Assembly: GCF_009914755.1 (NCBI RefSeq)
Contig: NC_060928.1
Strand: one strand, 5' to 3'
Length of the DNA: 64,000 bases
Source of the DNA: the human T2T-CHM13v2.0 reference genome, Homo sapiens
Below, piece by piece: positions 51,181 through 64,000 of this stretch. The notes beneath the pieces are model-generated. The model did not search any database and had not been told where the DNA came from. It worked only from the letters and a program-made list of their open reading frames with translations. The position numbers and the translations under genes were made by a program. Positions within the stretch are counted from its first letter, which is position 1; each line of letters starts with the position of its first letter.

Positions 51181-52353
51181 GGAAAATTGTCCAAGGAATT
51201 TAAAAATTTTCATTTTGGCTCTCTCATGCGCAGTAACCGTGAGGGTTTAAAGGACAGTGCCAGGGCCCCATGTTGTTAGAGAGCACTCTGTTGTCTTTGG
51301 CATGGGAGAGGACTTCAGTGCAAAACGGTGTACGAAGTGTGTTGTCAGCGGAAGCTAATTTACACCCTGTGCTGGACGGAGGGTTGCTTGTTTGGAGTTG
51401 TTTTTCCTGTGGCTAAAGGATTCCTGGGAATGCTGTTCAGGCATGTCTCTGCTGGTGGTATGCTGTCATCCTTTTCTTTTCCATTTACAGTGTAGAGCTG
51501 TTACAGTTGTAAACAGGCCTGGCTTTTTACATTGTTACTCACTGGTGTGGGAACAATGTATGTTAATGACATAAGTACTGCCCTTGAGAGTACTGCCCAA
51601 AACAGCCCCAGGTTGAAAATGTATCCTCACAGATTTAATTTTTCTTATAAAAGAAAGAGGTATGTTCCTTCTGTGTAGAGCGAACTAGAAATATATTAAC
51701 CCTGCAACTAACATGCAGCACTTCACAACTCATTAGTGAGGCCCCTGGGATATGGCTCCATATATTTGCCCACAAGTTGGTATAGGCCAGAAACCAGCTG
51801 CTTTTTCACCTACGTGGTGAGAGCCAGAGGCCAGTCAAGGAACAAGGAACTATAGGAGAGGAACTACAAGGAGAATCTTCAGATTTTCAAGCCTATTATT
51901 GTTCAATACATAGTAGTTTAAAAAACTTTGACAGTTGTACTTAAAGTCCCTTCTCATCCTATGAGTCTCTGCCTCTGCCAGTATGTGATGTTTCTGGCTC
52001 ATGGTGATGACAAATTCGGATGCAAAAGTAAACAAATAGGCCCCCATCAGCCCATCGGGGCAGCAGCCCTAGGCAGTGACAGTTAAACAGTTGCAAAGAC
52101 CTATTTTCAGAGGCATGTACCCACACCTGACCTACTATTAAGTAAGCATGGAAATTAGTATTTCTGTTGGCTTTAATTAAGTAAATATTATAGTTTGATC
52201 CACAACACCAAATCTTTGTCAATGTCCTAAAAGAAATTGTTCTTTTCACCGCAAGAGTTATGTATTCAGAGTAAAAATGGGTAGATGTATATTTTCTCTG
52301 TGAAGGAAAAGAACTGGAAGGTGCTTATTTTATTTCAAGAGTTCCCAAAGCGA

Positions 52354-52642
<289 letters not shown>

Positions 52643-53392
52643 GAGTTCCCAAAGTGAGACCATTACTCAAAAATTTGAGATGGGAGGCTAAATTGCCCCT
52701 GCTGTGTATTTAGAGGGTTAGTATTGAATAGGTCAACAAGCATTTCCTAAGTCTCTAGGCTGAATTTCTAATACGGTTTCTTAGTAACCATTCTCTTAAA
52801 GAATGTGAGATTTGAGGTAAGCTTTGCTTTAAGGGAGGGACAGATGTGAACCCTAATACTGGTTAGAAGGACATAAGAGAAGAGAGAAAGTAAAACTATT
52901 TAAGGAATTTTTTTCTCTCATTTAAGGCCCAAAGCAGCCTTTCCTTTTCTCGGTCCAATCCGATGCTTAAACTTGCCTGAATTTCCTCTGGGGTTAAGTT
53001 CAAACTAATTTTCACTGTTCTAAGCATGCAGGGCTCTTGCACAACTTCATGCCTCTGTGCGTGTGTTTCCACCAGTTGGAATGCCCTTTCTCCCACCCAC
53101 CCCTAAACTCGTACATGCTTATCCTTGCAGAGACCTCCTTTGTAAACCAAGAAGCCCCCGACTCCCCTGTTACAGAGGTAATTGCTTTGGCCTTACCTGT
53201 TTTACCTCCTGGTAAGTTACAGCACTTAGCACCTTGCAATTAGAGGTCATAGATTTCCCTGCTTCTCTAGAATGTGAGATTCTTAAAGGCAGGGATTTTA
53301 TCTCATTTATTAGATTTGTATCCCATGTACCTGACCTAGTATCTAGCACAACTTAGTAGATATCAATTAATGTTCATTGTATAGTCCTTTGA

Positions 53393-54089
53393 TGATGCGG
53401 TTTGGCCCTGTGTCCCTACCCAAATCTCATATCAAATTGTAATCCTGATGGGAGGTAATTGAATCATGGGGGCGGACGTTCCCTTTGCTGTTCTCATGAT
53501 AGTGAGTGAGTTCTCACAAGATCTAGTTGTGTATTTTATTATTTATTTATTTTTTGAGTTGGAGTTTCACTCTGTCACCCAGGCTGGAATGCAATGGTGC
53601 AATCTCAGCTCACTGCAACCTCTGCCTCCTGGTTCAAGTGATTTTCCTGCCTCATCAGCCTCTCAAGTAGCTGGGATTACAGGCATGTGCCACCACGCCC
53701 GGCTAATTTTGTATTTTTAGTAGAGACAGGGTTTCACCACATTGGTCAGGCTGGTCTCAAACTCCTGACTTCAGATGATCTGCCCACCTCCGTCTCCCAA
53801 AGTGCTGGGATTACTGGTGTGAGCCAGTGAGCCCAGCCAAGATCTCGTTGTTTAAAAGTGTGTGGCACTTCCCCCTTTGCTCTCTTTCTCTCTCCAACTC
53901 CACCAAGGTAAGACGTGCTTGCTTCCCCTTCACCCTTCCACCATGACTGTAAGTTTCCCAAGGCCTCCCAGCCATGCAGCCGTGCTTCCTGTACAGCCTG
54001 TGGAACTCTGAGTCAATTAAACCTCTCTTCTTCATACATTACCCAGTCTCAGATAGTTCTTTATAGCAGTGTGAGAACAGACTAATACA
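53393..54089 (+). mobile_element. MST MaLR solo LTR interrupted by an Alu (53534-53838, minus)
   Basis: TGATGCGGTTTGG...ACTAATACA termini; perfect 5-bp TSD TTTGA; Alu TSD AAGATCT(A/C)GTTGT. Confidence 0.93.
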
Positions 54090-54872
54090 TTTGAGATTCA
54101 ATCACCTATCATTTTTAACATACAGAATCAGGCTGCTATTCACTTATTATTGTTTGCTCTTAACTGAGTAAAAATGTAACGTAGATGGTCTGCCTTCAGC
54201 TGGGAGAAGCGGTCGTTTAGCATAGATCCTTTTTATCAAGCAGTAGTTACATTTGCAGAGTACTTTTTAAAAGCAAAATATTTGTTCTTATTTTCCTGGA
54301 GTTTACAACCTATTTGGGCTGACAAGATGTATAGAGATGTGTGTGTATATATATATACACATATATGTGTATAAACATGTATATGCACACACATTTACAC
54401 ACATACATATATGTAGTTTCACTTATTCTTTCAACAAATGCATATGGAGTGCTAAACACGTGCCCAGAGCTGTGCTGGGTGCTGGCACCCGAGATGCGGA
54501 CTCCACGGTGCCTAACCACAACACTTCAATACCCAGGGCGATGAGAGCCAGAAACAAAAGAAGTAAGATAACTTCTTGGTAAGCAGGAGGAAGGGGAAAA
54601 GATTAGAGGAGGGTAAAGAAAGCAACCTAAGTAAAAGTTAGAAGGTACAAATGGGCATGGAATTTGCAGGAGTGGTGAGGAGATTCATGAGACTAAAGGC
54701 TTTAGGGAGAAATTTGGGGGCCAATAAAAAGCTATGAGTACACACACACACGCACACACACACACACACACACACAGTGAATGATACTCAGTTTAACCTA
54801 ATTCAACAAGCACTTCCTGATTCCTGACTGTATAGAAAGTACTGTGCAACATATTGAGACTCATTCAGAGAT

Positions 54873-55601
<729 letters not shown>

Positions 55602-55672
55602 TAAGAGGAAAATATAATAATATATATGAGAATATAAGGGAAAATATATTAATATATATAAGAATATAAGGG

Positions 55673-56406
<734 letters not shown>

Positions 56407-57046
56407 AGTATATAAGCAGGCCAGGGATTTTAAGCATTTGCAGTGGGTGGACTACCATCTTTTGAACCAGGAGATGAAAAAATATCCTCTTATTTATTTA
56501 AACACAGTGTCATTTTTATATACCCTATGTCTAATACATCCAATATTGGAAGCATTTGTGGGTGAGTTTCTTTTGCTGCTGTTTCTCATTCACTTTACAG
56601 GGAATGGTCTATGACTAGCCTCTTCACCTCAGGCCAGCCTTGGGTTTTGTCTTCTGTCTCTTGTTTTCATGAGGCCATGAAAACTGAAGCTCATTCTCTA
56701 GCCTCTGAGAAATTCCCTCAGGGTAAAACAGCTTTAAGTGCTCTGCTTTCCACTCTGTGTTCCCACTTTTATTTAAATTTTCCCTTATAAATCCTTCTTC
56801 TTCTTCTTTTTTTTTTTGGAGAGACAGGGTCTCACCCTGTTGCCCAGGCTGGAGGGCAATGGTTGGAAAGATATTTCTGGAACTCAGAAGAGAGGTTAAG
56901 ACTAAAGACATGTTTTAGTTATCCACCTAGAGAGAAACATAAGGCCATAAGAAAGAAGAAATGCTCCAGGGAAAGTCTTAGACTGAGAAGAGAGGAGGGC
57001 TAAAGACAGACTCTGGAAAATGTCTGTATTTCAGAACCAGACGTGG

Positions 57047-57353
57047 GGCTGGGCACTGTGGCTCATGCCTGTAATCCCAACACTTTGGAAGGCCAAGGTG
57101 GGTGGATCACTTGAGGTCCAGAAGTTCTAGACCAGCCTGGTCAACATGGTGAAGCCCCATCTCTACTAAAAATACAAAAATTATCCAGACGTGGTAGCAG
57201 GTGCCTGTAATCCTAGCTTCTTGGGAGACTGAGGCATGAGAACTGCTTGAACCCAGGAGTTAGAAGTTGCAGTGAGCTGAGATTGTGCCACTGCACTCCA
57301 GCCTGGGTGACAGAGAGAGACTCTGTCTCAAAAAAAAAAAAAGAAAAAAAAAA
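57047..57353 (+). mobile_element. Alu (AluS)
   Basis: TSD CAGAC(G/A)TGGGG. Confidence 0.95.
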
Positions 57354-57747
57354 TCAGACATGGGGCAAAATGGAGCTGGTGAACACAGCTAAGAAGGAGT
57401 AGTCAGGGAAGTATTAATAGAAGGAGGGTGGAGAGAACAATGTGGGGGCAAGGAGTGGAGGTCAGCCTCTGAGGAAGACAGGGCTCATTCTAAAGATTAA
57501 CATTCTGAAGATCTTAAGGGGGAGCACTAGGAAGAGGAATTAGATTTGGTGTCTCGGTGGCTGCTGAGGACTTTCTCAGGCATTTTGGTATAATTTGAGA
57601 GGAAGAAGCAAGATCGTAAGAGGTTGAGAGGAGGACGGGAAAAGAGAGAAGAACAGGAAAAGAGCAAGAATGGGAAAAGAGCATATATAGACCATGTTTT
57701 TAAAACATTTGGTGATGAATGGAAAGAGAAAGAATGATTCTTGATCA

Positions 57748-58318
<571 letters not shown>

Positions 58319-58903
58319 AATTCAGGATAGCCAAAGTATGATAGTTAGATGTGGACCCTGGAGGAGTCTGGAAGGAGTGGGACCATGACCACAAGTTGGG
58401 GCTTGGGTAGTATTTCAAGGGAATGGAAATACTTCCCCTCCAAAGTCAGAGGTTAAGGACAAAAAAATTGAGTGCTCACAGGTAAGATGACGGAGATCTC
58501 CTAGATAGAACAGATGTTGAAAGACATGAGATTTGGTGACTTAAGGAGAATGGGAGAGAACAGCAGCATTTATTACAGTGAATCTTCCAAGGAATCAACT
58601 TTGCACCCAAAAAACTAATAAGATTGTGGACAACCAAAAGAGTTAGAATTGCCTGGATTCGTGGTTCAGCCAACATGTAAAGTGACATCCCAAACATATT
58701 CTTCAGGATCCACTCTCAGAGCGTCTTGGTGTTTTTCCAGTACTGCCGTCATACCTGTGTTCCCTTTCCTTTTGTTCTCTACTAGCACCTGGCTGTTTTG
58801 GAGTGGAATTGTGTGTGTGTCTGCTTGGAAGGAAAGATTAATATCTTGATTCTCTTTTGTCATGAGTAGATAAGGAAGTGTATTTTTAATCAGTAGGTAT
58901 TCA

Positions 58904-59274
<371 letters not shown>

Positions 59275-60900
59275 TTATTGAATTGAGAGAAACAGGAAAT
59301 TTTGGATATTATGGTGGCTTCTGTTCAGCGTTGGATATTAGGGGTGTCAAATGGAAGTATAAAAACCATATCAAAATATTGGGTGAAGGTGACAGTCCTA
59401 CCCTCGCCTGTTTCCTGAAGGTCTGTTGAGTGAGATAAGAAAGGTGGTTGCTATGGAGCTGCTTTGGGACTTTTGTTTGACAATATAGAAAAGGCCAAAA
59501 GTATAAAGCAGGACATCAAGGAAAAAACGTATTTCCATAAAAGAAGAGAACATGAGGTGAGAGTGGTTATGATGACTGATGAGAAACATATTAATAAATG
59601 GCTTTATAAAACTCTCCTTATTCTCTTAGATTGGCAAGACAAAGATTAGACTTTTGTGTTAGGGAAACTAACCACAAATTGTGGCCTGGAGCCAATTAGG
59701 ATTGTTCCCAACCCCCTTGTCCAAGCTTGGCCTCCTTAGAAATACGGCAGTACAGACGATTAGTAAGGGGTATCTAAGAATCTCTGCTTTCTGTTTATTG
59801 CTTCATGAAGGTGGTTAGCTTAATTTGGTTTGTCGGGGCACTGTATACACAGAAACATCTCCCTTGGGCCTCTTATGGGTAATTACAGAATCTGTCAAAT
59901 AGGGCTGATCTGCCTGGAGAGACAAGGAGCACAGCATCTATGGAACAGGGAGTTCGGCAGAAAGTTTAGCAAAGAAGCCTCCAGGATGGCAATCTGAGTC
60001 ATGGCCAGATGTCAGGCGAGAATGCGTTTCCAGCACATCGCTGTGATGATTTAAGTTACACACTCTCTCCTGCTTGCTAGTTTGCAAAGATTTTCCATCT
60101 CAGGAGATATTTCTGCAGCTCTTCCTAAGAGTGAAGACATTCTGAGCATGTTACATTCACAATCAGGCCTCCTTGATAAGTATTGAGATTCAGAGTCAAA
60201 GTTGGGAAAGCAGCCTTCAATTGTACTCATTCATGTGAAGTTTTATAATGAAGAGTGTATGTGTGTCTCTTTTTGCACTTAAACAAAGGTAGGGAAGTTG
60301 ATGGCAACTATTTTCCTTCTTTCCCCATCAAAACCTGGAGTATAAATGTGGGCGTGGAAATTAGAGGGAAGCCTAAAATTTGTACTGGTCCCCAGCCCCC
60401 GTGTAGATTCATCAGCGAGATCCCAGGCTGTTTGAAAGAATGCTGGGCCTGGAGCTGAGGGACCTCCCCAGAGGCAAATTGATGGTTGGAATGCTGCTGC
60501 AGAAGGGCTCAGTGTCCCTGTGGTTCTTTAAGTCTGGAATTTTTCTTTCTTTTGAAAAACGTACTTTTGGGGGGGGGCGGAAATGAATTTGAATCTATTT
60601 TCTACCACATGTTTAATGACCGAGGTGATGTATTTTTTCCTCAAATTATTATAACTCCCAGTAAAAATTCAAGCCTGTAGAAGGTAAGGAGGAGATTATA
60701 TGATGAAAGTATTATTGATTTTAGTGGAATCATGGAATTTAACATATCTTCTTTACTTCCAAGTTAGTGTTTTTCACTCTACATCATGCCCAACACTTTC
60801 CTAGGTAAACAAGGGCTATAAAAGAAGGGCTTTTAATGTATCTCTTCCCCTGCTTTGGAGCAAGGCAGTTACAGAACAACAACAACAACAACAAAAATAA

Positions 60901-61213
<313 letters not shown>

Positions 61214-62226
61214 GTATGATTATGTCTCGCATAATTGGATATATTTTAAATGGTAAACTTGATCTGTATAATATTTGGACCTCCCTCAAAAAACAAATCA
61301 TTCATGAAGCTTTGGAAAGGCTTATAACCAAATAATGTGTGCATAAGAAACCTTCTCCCCACATCTCTGAGCCCCTTTTCATTATGGAACCTCACAGCAT
61401 CCCTCAGGATATCCCTGAGCCCAGGGGAAGATGAGAGTGGGAGGAATTTCAGTGATGGGAAATAGAATCAAGTTAAAGTAAACTCTGAATTCGATAGAGA
61501 CAGTGTGGGATGAAGCAACAACAAAAAAATGTATTAAGACGCTATCAATAATACATTTTGCCAGCATTTTTGAGACGTTCCAAACCAGTCTCAGAAAGTT
61601 TGAGACTGATCCCAAGAAAACAATGAGAAAGGTTGAGTCTAAGCCTAAAATTTTGGCTGAATTTGGAAATTATCAGTGTGAAGGCTACACACCAAAAATA
61701 TAAGAACCAACTGTCCTGAAAGTTTGGGAGTTAAGATTTGGGGAAATTATTTGAAATCATTTCAATCTACCAATTCCTGATTTTTTTGCACTAAGAATTG
61801 AAATTCTGAATCCCTTAATTTATGTATCAAATATATCTACCAGCAGTGCAGGGACAATGAGGGTGGAAATGCATTAACTAATAGATTATATGGACTGCCT
61901 TAAGCAACTGTATAATTTCTGTTAGGATGAAACCGAACCATGTTGGGAATTCTGATTTAAAATGAGGTCTGTACTTTATAGATGTGGAAAATAAGGTTCA
62001 TAGGACGAAATTACTTCCTCAAAAGCGACATAACTGCGTTGCAGCAAAAACGGCAGGAGAGTGCAGGTCTCTAAGCCCAGTCTTGGACTAGGTTCTTGAT
62101 TCCAACAGTTCTCCAGTGATGCTTCCGAAGACACTGGGCTGAAAGTGAACAGTGACCCTCTTTCCCGAATGTCTATAATTTTCTCAATTTAAAATTTTTC
62201 TCCTAAAAGACAATGGCTATTTTAAT

Positions 62227-62539
<313 letters not shown>

Positions 62540-63842
62540 TAATCTTTTAGTGACCTCTGCCATTTTTCTTTTCAAGAACAAGATGAATGAGCAAATGTAA
62601 ACATTTTAAAATTAACTTGGAAGGGCTTTGACAGATTTCATTTCTCATGGACATATGCTTGTGACTGTTTCAATATTGCAGGCATACACTAGCATCATTT
62701 TCTTTTAGCAGAATTGCTTGGTGCTCCTGTAATAGAATGAAGTGTAATAGTGTGCAAACATTCACAACTTCCATGTGCTCTAAAACCTAAACAAGTTTGA
62801 ACCCACAAGTCACTTTGTAAGGCACATCCAGGCTCGTTGAGATTCTAACTGGTGGAAATAGTTGAAAGTATATTTGTCACTTACACCTTGCCTATATCCA
62901 AGAAGGATTTGAGTCTTCCTCCAACAAGAATGCATCCAAGCCAGTCTAAAACTGTCCTCCATAAAATAGGGAAATACACTTTGGGAATTTCATAAGCTAA
63001 ACACTATTTCCACATTGGTCACCATGGTGAACACAAATAAGCAAAATCGACTGAATGGTAACAAGGCAGGGAGAGAACGTGCTTCCTATAGGATTTGATC
63101 TGCTGCTTATTCTGATCAAAGTGGAAACTGTAAAGGTTGGTTGGAGCGGATAGCCCAATGCCTGCCCAGTAACAGGGCTGCAGGAATTAACACGGTGGAC
63201 GAGGGAAGGTACAGACCATTTTCGGTGGCTAAATGAGAAATAATACTAAGCGATAGGATATCCTGTATGTTTAGATTACTTGCCTCTGAAAACGAGCTCT
63301 AATTCTTTTTCAGAACAAGTATTGGGAACAAACTGTGGATATTTAATCACTTAAGGGTACTTTCTTCTGGGAAAATCGCTCACTCTTAATTTTTCAGTTG
63401 AGTTAGACAAGGGCTAATTGCAAGAGGATTAAAACCTTGAAAACTGCTTTGTTCAGCTTATTGTTTCAGGTTTCCCTTTGGAGTGTGGATGATGTGTTTA
63501 TTTGACATAATGAATACCACCATCCGCTTTGTTCCGGGAACCAAAAGGCTATGTGCTTGCCCAAGGAATTTCTCAGTTGTTTATATGTAAGGAAACACTG
63601 CTCTGTGTTATTGGATGGGACCATTACAGCTCTTTCTTAAATAGGGAATGCAGAGAGCCGTGCTTTCCTCACTCACATCTGAGCAGAGAAACCAGAAAAT
63701 AGCCTTCAGCACTCCAAATGCCTGCTTGTTTTCAACACAAGAGAGCAAAGGGAACATTTATTGAAAATGTGTGTTCTTCGCTTAGGAACCCAGAGCTTTA
63801 CTTTGTGTTATTGGCACATCTACTTAGACCTATGTTATATGT

Positions 63843-63852
<10 letters not shown>

Positions 63853-63882
<30 letters not shown>
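63853..63882. repeat. (TA)n microsatellite
   Basis: Visible run. Confidence 0.9.
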
Positions 63883-63885
<3 letters not shown>

Positions 63886-64000
63886 TTAAGTATTAGATTG
63901 GAGTGCTTGGCATGAATCATAGATTAGAGAACATTGACAACTAACCAGATAGTGAACTCTGCCTCTATCAGCCAAATCTAACTGCCAAAACACTGAGGAA

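Overview
Primate genomic DNA, almost certainly human (an AluYb8-diagnostic element sits at 58129-58318), repeat-rich and intronic or intergenic. I see no intact protein-coding gene, no RNA gene and no CRISPR array. Recognisable content: a processed RPL9 pseudogene inserted in an L2, about 35 Alu/FAM/FLAM copies, L1/L2/CR1 fragments, MaLR and ERV1 solo LTRs, hAT MITEs, and a ~750-bp strictly alternating purine-pyrimidine minisatellite. The most striking unexplained structure is three separate short inverted duplications that include unique sequence: 6596-6859 vs 8707-8968, 31070-31174 vs 34673-34778, and 50088-50843 vs 53483-54255. In each, a 100-450 bp segment from 2-4 kb downstream appears to have been copied, inverted, into an upstream retroelement, replacing part of it. 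The shared polarity suggests recurrent, directionally biased template switching (inference). Other oddities: a 77-bp poly(A)-tailed MER41-like LTR fragment with a 17-bp TSD, a target site used twice (Alu plus L1), an Alu with a 156-bp internal tandem duplication, and a monomeric AluYb8 chimera. Coordinates, identities and repeat subfamily calls were made by eye and are approximate.
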